The notes under the pieces were generated by a model. That model searched no databases, was not told the origin of the DNA, and saw only the letters and a list, made by a program, of their open reading frames with translations. A stretch of DNA of 64,000 bases, taken from the NCBI GenBank assembly GCA_002482645.1, contig DLGJ01000015.1, positions 25,015 through 89,014 on the forward strand, read 5' to 3'. Positions 49,339 to 58,850 of this stretch are shown piece by piece (the first letter of the stretch is position 1; each line of letters begins with the position of its first letter). This DNA comes from Hyphomicrobiaceae bacterium UBA7697 (lineage in GTDB: Bacteria > Pseudomonadota > Alphaproteobacteria > Rhizobiales > Methyloligellaceae). A program made the position numbers and the translations under genes.

Positions 49339-50430
49339 TTGTTTGGGTGGTCGATCTCCGCAGGGCTGACCCCATCTCATCGGCCGCGAACGGCAACGTA
49401 TGAGGGCTTCATTACTTGCAGCGAATGCGATGCGCCGTGGGCGGAGCAACTCGCCCGGCATCTCGAGCGCTACTACGCGATCTGCCCGGCCGTGGGGAAA
49501 CGGCATTTCTTCCGGGCCCCCGCCGTCGAAAACGCGGACTACGCACTGCCACAGACCACGATCAACGCCTTGGAGGCGTCCCGGTCTCTTATCGTGATTT
49601 GCTCGCCGGCGGCGGCTAGAAGTCACCACGTCAACGAAGAGATCCGGGCTTTCAAGACACACCATCCGAGCCGGCCCGTCTTCCCTCTCATTGTCGATGG
49701 CAAGCCTGGCGATGAAGACGGAGAGTGCTTTCCCCCATTGCTGAGATTCGAGTTGGATGACGATGGCCGTATCGCGAAAGGGCCCATCGACGTCGAAGCG
49801 ACCGATGCCCGTCAGGGCACGCGCGAACATGAGCGTGCCGCGGCGCGGATAGCATCCGATCTGTTGGGTTTGTCCTCGGACAGGAGAGCCCGGCGGGAGC
49901 CGCGCCGAAAAACGCGAGCGTCGGATCACCGCCTCGGGTTCTTGATGAACCTCTCCATCGTTGTGGGCTTTGCCATCATCGTCGTTTGGAATGGACTGAC
50001 GACCAACGAGGCGTTTCTCGACCGGACATTGTATCTCGTCAGCACCAGCCTTGGGGCCACGGCGCGGCAGGCGATCGCCTACGGCACGCCGCAAACGGCC
50101 GTCGTCAACGTCCTCGAGTATGGCGAGTCCATGCTCTCGGATGTCATGAAGCGTGGCCCTCTGACACCTCAAACGGAATACCGAAGAGCGACGGTCCTGC
50201 TCCAATTGGCTGGCGTCTATAGAGACCTCGGAGACAAGGAAAAGGCGCTGGCCCTCGCCGACGACGCCCAGCACCTCTTGTTTTCGTTGCGCAATGTCGA
50301 GGCGGCGAATGCCAAATTCGAACGCCGCCTGGAGATCGCCGAAGAAGATCTGGCGACGATCCGAGCAGAGCAGGATCTTTCGGTTGATCGTCCAGAGGAG
50401 GGGCCGCCGCTCTCCAAATTGCCCCGATGA
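49339..50430 (+). CDS. TIR-domain protein with TM helix and short TPR-like tail (divergent)
   Basis: TTG start with GAGGGAGG RBS; YEGFITCS, LIVICSPAAARSHHVNEEI, VFPLIVDG.P, ECFPP; TM LGFLMNLSIVVGFAIIVVW. Confidence 0.75.
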   Translation: MFGWSISAGLTPSHRPRTATYEGFITCSECDAPWAEQLARHLERYYAICPAVGKRHFFRAPAVENADYALPQTTINALEASRSLIVICSPAAARSHHVNEEIRAFKTHHPSRPVFPLIVDGKPGDEDGECFPPLLRFELDDDGRIAKGPIDVEATDARQGTREHERAAARIASDLLGLSSDRRARREPRRKTRASDHRLGFLMNLSIVVGFAIIVVWNGLTTNEAFLDRTLYLVSTSLGATARQAIAYGTPQTAVVNVLEYGESMLSDVMKRGPLTPQTEYRRATVLLQLAGVYRDLGDKEKALALADDAQHLLFSLRNVEAANAKFERRLEIAEEDLATIRAEQDLSVDRPEEGPPLSKLPR

Positions 50431-50770
50431 GACTTGATGAGACTTGGAGACGATCACCCTCGCTAAGCGCCCAATCTGGGTACGCAAAGTATAACTTCAG
50501 TTCTCTTGAGAACAATAAGGAAGCCCCGTTCGGGGGAAAGACGGGGCCTCCTCAATTCCCATGGGTCGTGATGGGAGGGAAACCATCACTTCAAATATTG
50601 TAGCACACTCACCTATAGGATTGGAACAGATATTCAGTAATCGCTGGAAGCTTGGACCTTTCCATGCCCGGTTTGTCCGGATCTTTGTTTGTTCGTTGCG
50701 ACAAGGCCGTTCAAGATTTTTTGCTGAAGGTGAAGCCACCGTTTTGAACGTCCGCTTCGTGACCCGTCGC

Positions 50771-50799
50771 TCGCAGGCTCGAATTCTGCCGGGATCGCC
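50771..50799 (+). repeat. Degenerate copy of the tRNA-Arg 3' end (candidate attR)
   Basis: tcgcaggctcgaattctgccgggatcgcc versus tRNA 37823-37851 tcgcaggttcgaatcctgccggggtcacc, 25/29. Confidence 0.8.
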
Positions 50800-51135
50800 C
50801 CTCGGATCAGCATGTCCGTCCGCGCCCGGTGCCGCCCCGCACATGCGCCAGCGACCCTAAAGCCTGGATACGACGCCGTGCCTCGTTGGGGTGGAGGGCA
50901 GACATTCTCATCCGTATCCGCGTCATCCGTATCGGCCCCATCGGTGTCCGCCCGTCCCGGCTTTGACCCAGAACGGACAAATCTATCGGCCAGAGTCGTC
51001 AGGGTCTGCATGGTCTAGACATAGGCCGGGTGCTATGGGATTGGCCGCCCACGGCCCGTTCCGCCCCTTGCGGTCCTCCAGACATTTGTTGGTTTCGGCC
51101 GCGGCCACTATCGCGCTCATCAACGAGAGAGTTTC

Positions 51136-52221
51136 ATGTCCCTCATCCGCCCTTCCCTGTTCACCAACAAGCTCGTCAACGCGATGTTCTCGGCCGCATT
51201 GGCGTTGTCTGTGGTGTGCGCTCCGGCATACGGCCATGCATGCACCCGCATCGTTTATCTCGGCGCCGGCAGCACCGTACTCACCGCGCGATCCATGGAC
51301 TGGAAGTCCGATGTCGCCACCAATCTCTGGATCTTCCCGCGCGGCATGGCGCGCAAGGGCCAGGCGGGCGAAAATTCGATCGCGTGGACCTCGAAATACG
51401 GCAGCGTCATCGCGTCCGGGTACGATATTTCCACGACCGACGGAATGAACGAGAAGGGACTTGTGGCCAACGTCCTGTGGCTCGTCGAGTCCGAGTACCC
51501 GCCCGCCACCAGCGACAAGCCCGGTCTGACCATCGCCGCCTGGGCTCAGTATGTGCTCGACAACTTCGCCACCGTGGCCGAGGCGGTCGAGGTGCTGGAG
51601 ACCGAGCCTTTCGTGGTTGTCACCGATGCGGTACCCGGCGAGGAGCGGCTCGCCACGCTACACTTGTCGATTTCGGACGCCACGGGCGACAGCGCCATTA
51701 TCGAATATATCGACGGCAAACAGGTGATCCATCACGACAGGTCGTATCAGGTGATGACCAATTCGCCCGCCTTCGACAAGCAGCTTACCCTTGACGATTA
51801 TTGGAAACAGATCGGCGGCACGGTCTTTCTGCCAGGAACCAACCGGGCGGCGGACCGGTTCGCCCGTGCCTCGTTCTACGTCAACGCGATTCCGAAATTT
51901 GACGATCCGAATCTCGCGGTTGCCGGAGTGCTCTCGGTCATCCGCAACGTCTCGGTCCCGTTCGGTATCTCGACCCCGGATCACCCGAACATTTCATCGA
52001 CACGCTGGCGTACTGTCGCCGATCAGGAACGTAAGGTCTATTTCTTCGAATCCGCGCTTACGCCGAACACGTTCTGGGTCGATCTGAAGAAAGTCGATTT
52101 CTCCGCCGAGACCGGCAAGGTGATGAAGCTCGATCTCGGACCGAACCAGAGCAAGACCTATTCGGGCGATGCGACGGCGAAATTCGAGGCGGCAACGCCG
52201 TTCAAGTTCCTCGGGAAGTAA
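51136..52221 (+). CDS. Linear amide C-N hydrolase (choloylglycine hydrolase/penicillin V acylase family), exported
   Basis: Signal peptide then CTR nucleophile; ARSMDW; DGMNEKGL; MTNSP; RFARA. Confidence 0.92.
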   Translation: MSLIRPSLFTNKLVNAMFSAALALSVVCAPAYGHACTRIVYLGAGSTVLTARSMDWKSDVATNLWIFPRGMARKGQAGENSIAWTSKYGSVIASGYDISTTDGMNEKGLVANVLWLVESEYPPATSDKPGLTIAAWAQYVLDNFATVAEAVEVLETEPFVVVTDAVPGEERLATLHLSISDATGDSAIIEYIDGKQVIHHDRSYQVMTNSPAFDKQLTLDDYWKQIGGTVFLPGTNRAADRFARASFYVNAIPKFDDPNLAVAGVLSVIRNVSVPFGISTPDHPNISSTRWRTVADQERKVYFFESALTPNTFWVDLKKVDFSAETGKVMKLDLGPNQSKTYSGDATAKFEAATPFKFLGK

Positions 52222-53977
52222 CGCTCGCAGCCGCCTCGCTCCGCGCGGAGCCTTTCCCGCATCCCCCTCGCGGCTGTCCGTCTCGGGCTTCGTACGGGCC
52301 CAAAACCTCGCCGGCCGAATCTCTGGCGAGATAGGTGGTTTGCGATGGGAAGGCAAACGCAGCGCCGGCCTCGTCGATAATCTCGGCGATCGCCAAGAAG
52401 AGTTCTTCCTGAATCGCGAGAAACGCCGCGTGTGCCGTCGTATCGAGATAGGCGTAGACCTCGACCTTGATCGACCAGTCCCCGAAGCCGACGACATGCA
52501 CGCGCGGAGGGGCGATATCCTGCCTCACTTTCGCATGAGAGAAGAGGAGATCGCGGATGCTGTTGCAGACGGAACGCAACTGCTCTGTGGTCGTCTCGTA
52601 TCGCAGGTCCAAGACGTGCAAAAACAGCATCTGATCGCGCAGCGCATAGTTCGTCACCTGCGTCTTGGCGAACATCGCATTGGGCACCGAAGTCACGGTG
52701 CGATCGGTGCCGCGGATCCGCGTCGATCTCAGCCCGATATACTCGACCGTACCCTTGATGCCGGCATAGTCGCAAAAATCGCCCACACGAACGGGACGGT
52801 CCGCATAGAGATTGAGCCCGCCGAGCAGATTCTCCAAGCTGTTCTGAGCTGCCAGAGCGACGGCCAGACCGCCCACGCCGAGACCGGCCAGAACTCCGAG
52901 AACGGGCAGCCCCAGTTGTTGGGCGCCATAGGCGGCGATGATCGCCACAGCCAGGATCCCAAGAACGCGGCCGAGCAGCCTGAGAAGATTGGCGTCCAGG
53001 CTCTGGTCGGGAATCTGGGGCGACGTGACCACCCATTCCACAACAATCGAGATGAAGAGCCACGCAACCCACGCAGCGGCCACGTAGAAAGCGATTTGCA
53101 GCACAACGTCGACCACGTCGGCGAAGGCGCCGAGAACCATGATTTGCTCGGTAATCAGCAACCCGGCGCCAAAGATCGCGATCAACATGGCAACCGGCAG
53201 CACGAGGCGGCGCAGATAAGTCGCCAGCGGCCGTGAGCCCGCCCTCGGCTTCGTGAGCTGTCTGAGCAGAAGCATCGCGGCCACAAGACAGAGAAAGACG
53301 CCGGCCGCGGCGATGATCTTCCAAAGCGGTGTATCGAGGACGGGCCTTTTCAACGCGCGCGGCAAGGAGCGGGTAAGCTCCGGAGGAATCATCCAGCCGT
53401 GGAACTGAAGTTGCGCTTCGCGCCAGTTGGGCACCTCGGAAGGCATCTTCAAGGGAAGATTCTTCGTCAGATCGTAGAACTCTCCAGCCCTGGCTACCGT
53501 GTCCGCGTTGAAGAGGAATTGCCCCTGCGCCGGTCCCTCCATCACGCGGCTAATCGTGATTTCGGTGCCGGGGATGGTCCAGCTTGCAGGCGCCTCCCCA
53601 TCGGGAAAGTCGTCGGCGTCGGGGATCGTGTCCAGCGGGGGAAGCTCGATGCGGCGCAACGTATCGACGAGGAACACGACCGCATCGCCACCAATTTCGC
53701 GCCTTGCACTGGGGCGCACGTGGCTTAGATCGAGCGTTCTGAGCGCTTTGCGCATCAGCGCCTCCGCCTCGGCCTGCGCCTTGGGGCCCGGCTCGGAACG
53801 CAGCTTGATCGCGGCGGACTCGAGCGCATGGGTGACATCGAGAAACGTCTCCATCGTCGCCCGGGGGCTCGACGTATCGATCGCAAAAAGAGGGTTGGAT
53901 GTCTCCGCCCAAGCTCCGCTTGTGAGAAAGGACAATGCGCCGAATAAGGCAAGCCAATGCCAGTGTCTTCCAACCAA
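52202..53977 (-). CDS. MscS family mechanosensitive channel with periplasmic N-domain
   Basis: IDTSSPRATM; GLGVGGLAVALAAQNSLENL; DRPVRVGD; IGLRSTRIR; AFAFPSQT. Confidence 0.9.
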   Translation of the reverse strand: MVGRHWHWLALFGALSFLTSGAWAETSNPLFAIDTSSPRATMETFLDVTHALESAAIKLRSEPGPKAQAEAEALMRKALRTLDLSHVRPSARREIGGDAVVFLVDTLRRIELPPLDTIPDADDFPDGEAPASWTIPGTEITISRVMEGPAQGQFLFNADTVARAGEFYDLTKNLPLKMPSEVPNWREAQLQFHGWMIPPELTRSLPRALKRPVLDTPLWKIIAAAGVFLCLVAAMLLLRQLTKPRAGSRPLATYLRRLVLPVAMLIAIFGAGLLITEQIMVLGAFADVVDVVLQIAFYVAAAWVAWLFISIVVEWVVTSPQIPDQSLDANLLRLLGRVLGILAVAIIAAYGAQQLGLPVLGVLAGLGVGGLAVALAAQNSLENLLGGLNLYADRPVRVGDFCDYAGIKGTVEYIGLRSTRIRGTDRTVTSVPNAMFAKTQVTNYALRDQMLFLHVLDLRYETTTEQLRSVCNSIRDLLFSHAKVRQDIAPPRVHVVGFGDWSIKVEVYAYLDTTAHAAFLAIQEELFLAIAEIIDEAGAAFAFPSQTTYLARDSAGEVLGPYEARDGQPRGGCGKGSARSEAAASVTSRGT

Positions 53978-54468
53978 ACTCGATTTCCTTTCCTGTTCCG
54001 TGCCCTGCGCACGCTGCGGCCCTCATCGGAGCTTTCCGGTCCCGTCAGTGTATCGTTGCTGACCGGAAAACATAAAACGCCGGCAACGCCAAAACGTTGG
54101 GGCCGAACGCCGAGCGACCGCATGCGGAAAGAGTGCCAAGACGGCCCGGCAAACGCCACTGGGACACATGACCCCAGTGGAACACACGACCCAAGGACGG
54201 CAGAGAACCGCTTGCGGTTGCGGGGGGTGGTGGCTCCGGCATTGTGCGAGCGAAGACCGTGCGTCAGATCCACGGCATCGACGCACCGGGCACGGCCGTC
54301 ATACGCCGGCCGCCCGTCTCCCTCCCCTTCAAAAGAAAAGGCCCGACCGCCAAGATGGACGGCCGAGCAAGGGGAGGAGACATTACGGCGAAGGATCGCT
54401 TCGAGTTCTTACACTGTCGACTGAAGCGATCCCTCACTCCGTAATTACAAACGAAGTCTTGTTCGTGC

Positions 54469-55335
54469 TTATTTAACGCCTATGGGGATAATGATGTTCG
54501 TCCAGAACGCGGTTTCTTTAGCCCCATAGTTCTCTTCGTAGACGTCTTGGGTCAGCTTGCCCTGTAACGTCAGTGGACCGAAGTTGTATCCAACAAGTCC
54601 ACCCACGGCGACCTGACTCTGTTTGAAGCCACGCCCCGCCGAGTCGAGATCGGACGACGCATAACCAACCGGTCCGACGCTCCACTTGCCGAACGACTTC
54701 AGCAGATGCCAATCGAGGATGTAATAGTCCGGCGCATGATCGGCCCAGCCGGCCCCGACGGGCGTACCGAAGATGTTGTTCACCAAAACGGAAATGCCGT
54801 TGTGATCGTAGCTAAGCCCGAACCTGTTCTCGATTGCGCCGTAGTCGAACGCGACTTCGCCGTCCTGAGGAATATAGCCGCTGAACCGGTAGCCGAAGCG
54901 TAGTCCCTCAATCCCCGTCGCCCAGGATATCTGCGCTCCGAAATATGTATTGTACATTCCGATCCTATAGGGACCGGGATTGCTCGAGACTTCGAAAAGC
55001 GTCGGAGCAACCACGAAGGACAAGGGGCCCCCAGCCAGTTCCCACGGGCTTTGGTAGTACATGAAGAAGACATTGGCATTGGAGCGAATGTCCATGTTCT
55101 GCGGATCTCTGTAGGCGGAGAGATGTTGGTTCACATAGTAAAAACCAACCGGGAGATCCGCATACACTGGGATACCGGGGGTGAACCCGGGGGCGCTCAT
55201 GCCCCCGGCTTGCACCTTGTCCACGCGAACGAGGTTTCCCAGCACCAGCGTTGCCACCAGAATTGAGCAAGCAACGCACACCTTACGCGCCAGACTTTTG
55301 CCTTTAGCGCACACTTTTACTGTTTTGTTCTGCAT
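54469..55335 (-). CDS. Outer-membrane beta-barrel, SphA / MetA-pathway-of-phenol-degradation family
   Basis: Signal peptide; PGFTPGIP..LPVGFY; alternating beta strands; WSVGPVGY; last gene of the catabolic operon. Confidence 0.7.
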   Translation of the reverse strand: MQNKTVKVCAKGKSLARKVCVACSILVATLVLGNLVRVDKVQAGGMSAPGFTPGIPVYADLPVGFYYVNQHLSAYRDPQNMDIRSNANVFFMYYQSPWELAGGPLSFVVAPTLFEVSSNPGPYRIGMYNTYFGAQISWATGIEGLRFGYRFSGYIPQDGEVAFDYGAIENRFGLSYDHNGISVLVNNIFGTPVGAGWADHAPDYYILDWHLLKSFGKWSVGPVGYASSDLDSAGRGFKQSQVAVGGLVGYNFGPLTLQGKLTQDVYEENYGAKETAFWTNIIIPIGVK

Positions 55336-55361
55336 AGTTTTCAGTCCCCCTCAAAATATTG

Positions 55362-56687
55362 CTACGCCGGAACGCGACTGGATCGAGGCGAAAGCAACCC
55401 AAACAGTAGAAAACTGCTGATGACTGTGGCTGGGGCTGAAAACAGCTTGGTCTCTGGGATCATCAACAAGACTATCCCGATAATAACCGCAGAGATCCAC
55501 GCAATCATTCCCGGAGCGTAGTACGCCGGATATTGATCGTCGGGCTTGGCACCCTCGGTTCCGTCGTAGTCTTCGAGAAGAATATAGGCCAGCGTTACAC
55601 CAACCCACGCCACGACGAAGATTCCTTGATATGCCAGCGCGATGAGCAGGAACTGGAAGATATCCGCAAGCATAAGAAGGTAGACGACGATGCCCACGAT
55701 GATGGCCCACAGCCATTTCGGCCAATGGAGCTTCAGGGTCAGCCGGAAGAACGACTGAGTGTTCACGGTCGAGAGATAGAAGTTCGTGGTATTGATGCGC
55801 GTTTGGCTAATCCACACGAAGAGCATTCCGACCCAGCCCGTCATGAGGATCAGCGCCTTCACGACCGACACCTCGCTCAGCTCCCCTTCGACGGGGATCG
55901 TGTGAACCAGGAAAACGCCAGCCAAGCCGTTTACGAGGAAGGTGAAGACGTAGAACGGCAGGCCAAAGTTGAATATCGCGTGGTAGTTCTCGTCGCTTTT
56001 TCTCCCGAACTTCGCGAAATCGAACGTACACATCATCATCCACCAAACACCCATGAATGCGATGAACACGTTGATCCAGCCGTAGGGAGGCGCGCCGCCT
56101 TCCGGCTCGGACGTAAGCCAAGCGTCATTGTAGCCATACTGTGAAATGGCAAATATAACGATCCCGGCTAGTCCAAGGACATAGAGAGGAAGAAGATAAC
56201 CGTTGAAGCGATCGAGCCAATTCTGAACGCTGCCCAAGATCAACGGAACGCTATACAGGCACACGACGAACGCCGCGACGGCAAAGCTCACCGATGGCCA
56301 GTAAAACGTCGCCGCAGCGGCAACAACGGAACCCTCGAAGACCGCGTAATAGATGCTGCAGATAGCGTAAACAAAGGTCGCAATCGCAGATCCTGCTCGG
56401 CCGAATAACAATCGTGAAAAGAGCGAAACCGATAGGCCCGACTTAATTGCATATCTAACGATCGGTCCATTGATCAACGAGTATACAATAGCGCTGAGGA
56501 TAAGACCGATGATCGTATTGGCAGTTCCGTATGCTTGCGAAAGAACTGCCGAAATAATCATCCAAAACATGGCACTGCAGACCGCCCAGAAGGCCATCGT
56601 CAGGGCCAGGCGTGACATTCGTCCTTCAGGACTTACAGGCTTTTCCGAAAAGTCTAATTCTCCAGTAACGTCAATATTGCTGGACAT
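55362..56687 (-). CDS. Purine-cytosine permease (NCS1-like) transporter
   Basis: About 12 TM helices; GLSVSLFSRLLFG, YYAVFEG, FDFAKFG, QTRINTTNFY. Confidence 0.85.
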   Translation of the reverse strand: MSSNIDVTGELDFSEKPVSPEGRMSRLALTMAFWAVCSAMFWMIISAVLSQAYGTANTIIGLILSAIVYSLINGPIVRYAIKSGLSVSLFSRLLFGRAGSAIATFVYAICSIYYAVFEGSVVAAAATFYWPSVSFAVAAFVVCLYSVPLILGSVQNWLDRFNGYLLPLYVLGLAGIVIFAISQYGYNDAWLTSEPEGGAPPYGWINVFIAFMGVWWMMMCTFDFAKFGRKSDENYHAIFNFGLPFYVFTFLVNGLAGVFLVHTIPVEGELSEVSVVKALILMTGWVGMLFVWISQTRINTTNFYLSTVNTQSFFRLTLKLHWPKWLWAIIVGIVVYLLMLADIFQFLLIALAYQGIFVVAWVGVTLAYILLEDYDGTEGAKPDDQYPAYYAPGMIAWISAVIIGIVLLMIPETKLFSAPATVISSFLLFGLLSPRSSRVPA

Positions 56688-56793
56688 TTTCCGCTCCCGG
56701 TTCGAGATCTATATCTTGATCATTTTTTTGTTTGGTTATTAGGAGCAAGCCCAATCGAGGGCTTGCTCCTATTTATACTTGGCAATACTTGCG

Positions 56794-58803
56794 CTAGGCG
56801 ACCCGCAGTGTTGCTGGTGCCATGTCCTCGGCTGCACCCCAGTACGGCACCGTCCGGCGCTTCAGCATGTCCCGGAAGTCGGCTGTGGTATTGGCCAGGA
56901 GCTCGCCCGATCCCCAATCGACGATCACGCCGTATTGACGGATGAGGTCGAACATATCGAGCTTCTTTTCACGGTAGAGAGCCGCGATCTTCTCCGGATC
57001 TTCGTCCAGCCAAGCAACGCGCTCAGAAGCAATACGTTGACGTTCTGCGATCGTTGCTTGTTCGTCGACTTTATACTCGTTCAATTCCGGATCGATCTCG
57101 ATCACGACCACGCCATAGTCTTTCTTGGCGCGTTCCACGGAGACATATCCGTCGATGACGTCGTCCAGGACCTGATTGACGTCTCGCTTGAGAGGATCGC
57201 CGAGCCCGCCACCGCCGGCGGAGGGCCGCTGCACGGTGTCGCCCTGCTGGAGCGGAACGCCAGAGAAGAGCGAGCCGAGGTAGCGTTCCCCTTCCCGTCC
57301 CTGGTTGATCCACACGCCATGCGGGATCGACGGCAGACCGCCCCACAGACCCCACGTGATGGAGCGCTCGCGGTCGCAACAATAGGAGACGACGGTGCGT
57401 TCGCAGGCGTAGAGGGTGCCGCCCTTTTGGACACCCAGGCCACCACGGAACTCGCCGGGTCCACCCGAATCCACCATGAGCTCGTGGCAGGTCGTCAGAA
57501 CGGGCGAAAGCCGCTCCTGACCTTCGAACGGCTGCGTTCCGAGCTGGACGCCGAACACCGGTCCGGTTGCCGCCCAGCCGTCACGGCCGTTACGAGCGCC
57601 CCAGCCGCCGACCATCCAGTCGTACCACATGAAGTACGGCTTGCCTTCGTGCCGGGTATCGCGCCCGCCGATCAGCAGGTAGTCCAGATTGAACGTACAG
57701 GCCATCGCGCGCTCGGGGAGGATTTCCGCCCAGAGTTCGAAGACCGCGTTCATGATCTTTTCGAACGGTCCAGAGGCAAAGCCCGCGACAGGCGTGGGCC
57801 ATTCCGCGTTGACCACCGAACCGATCGGTCCCGGATCCACGGTCACGACCCGGTAGAATCCCGAGTTCATCGGAATATCGGGCGACTGCATCTTCGTTCC
57901 CGCGACCACGGCCGCAAACGCGCCGCCGTAGCAACAGTTCAGGAAGGAACCGACGGTCTTGGGGTGCGATCCCGTGAGATCGTAATGGACCCGATCCCCG
58001 TCGATCGTCATCTTGACCTTGATCGGCACAAGACCTTCGTCTCCGTCGGGATCGACGTCTTCGTAGTCGGTGGTCTCCCAGGTTCCGTTGGGAAGCTCCG
58101 AAATTCTCTGCCGGGTCATGTCCTCGACGTAGTCTTGAACCTCGGCGAAGGACTTCTTGATGACATCGACGCCGTACTTGTCGCAGAGCCGCTGAATCTC
58201 ACGCTCCGCAAGACGGCACGCTTCCGACTGCGCCTGAAGATCGCCAATGATGTCATTGGGGGCACGCGTGTTGTGCGCGATCAGTTCGGCGACATCCGAA
58301 AGGTAGGTTCCCTTGCTGTAGACGCGAACGGGCGTGATCCGCAGACCTTCGGCCATATGATCGAGGGCGTTCACGTTGAACGACCCCGGTACCGCGCCGC
58401 CGACATCGGCCCAGTGGCCGTTTGCTTGAGCAAACCCAAGCAACTCCCCTTTGTAAAACATCGGTGCAAAGAGGCGCGTGTCGTTAAAGTGAGTTCCACC
58501 TTGGTAAACGTCGTTAATAACGAACACGTCTCCAGGATGTACGTCGTCTTTAAACTTCTTGATGACCGCCTTGGCCGTCAAATGAAGCGTTCCGACATGC
58601 GCGGCGATGTCACCGCTACCCTGCATAATTGTGTCTCCATTCGGATCACAAAGAGCAGATGAGAAGTCTCTCGAATAAATAACGAACGAGTAGCAAGTTC
58701 TAAGAATTTGTTCGGCCATCTGGTCAACGATGTTGACGTAGGCATTCTTAAGAACTTCAAACGTAACCGGATCAAGAGTGCGGCGATCTGTTTTCTGCTG
58801 CAT
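56794..58803 (-). CDS. Hydantoinase B/oxoprolinase family subunit
   Basis: LDPVTFEVL, SRDFSSAL, PGDVFVINDVYQGGTHFND, HWADVGG, DSGGPGEFRGG, GGGGLGDP. Confidence 0.93.
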   Translation of the reverse strand: MQQKTDRRTLDPVTFEVLKNAYVNIVDQMAEQILRTCYSFVIYSRDFSSALCDPNGDTIMQGSGDIAAHVGTLHLTAKAVIKKFKDDVHPGDVFVINDVYQGGTHFNDTRLFAPMFYKGELLGFAQANGHWADVGGAVPGSFNVNALDHMAEGLRITPVRVYSKGTYLSDVAELIAHNTRAPNDIIGDLQAQSEACRLAEREIQRLCDKYGVDVIKKSFAEVQDYVEDMTRQRISELPNGTWETTDYEDVDPDGDEGLVPIKVKMTIDGDRVHYDLTGSHPKTVGSFLNCCYGGAFAAVVAGTKMQSPDIPMNSGFYRVVTVDPGPIGSVVNAEWPTPVAGFASGPFEKIMNAVFELWAEILPERAMACTFNLDYLLIGGRDTRHEGKPYFMWYDWMVGGWGARNGRDGWAATGPVFGVQLGTQPFEGQERLSPVLTTCHELMVDSGGPGEFRGGLGVQKGGTLYACERTVVSYCCDRERSITWGLWGGLPSIPHGVWINQGREGERYLGSLFSGVPLQQGDTVQRPSAGGGGLGDPLKRDVNQVLDDVIDGYVSVERAKKDYGVVVIEIDPELNEYKVDEQATIAERQRIASERVAWLDEDPEKIAALYREKKLDMFDLIRQYGVIVDWGSGELLANTTADFRDMLKRRTVPYWGAAEDMAPATLRVA

Positions 58804-58850
58804 CTTATTCTCCAACTTTTGAATTTTACATTGAAGGACGGGCGCGTTGG

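Larger units (their letters stand above)
37853..50799. mobile_element. tRNA-Arg-anchored genomic island (no integrase seen; probably immobilised)
   Basis: Bracketed by the tRNA 3' end and a 25/29 degenerate direct copy; accessory cargo; AT-rich intergenic stretches. Confidence 0.7.

Noticed and set aside
54160-54200. 18-bp imperfect tandem repeat in the MscS-barrel intergenic region
   Set aside because: Two degenerate copies only, with no supported ORF or structure.
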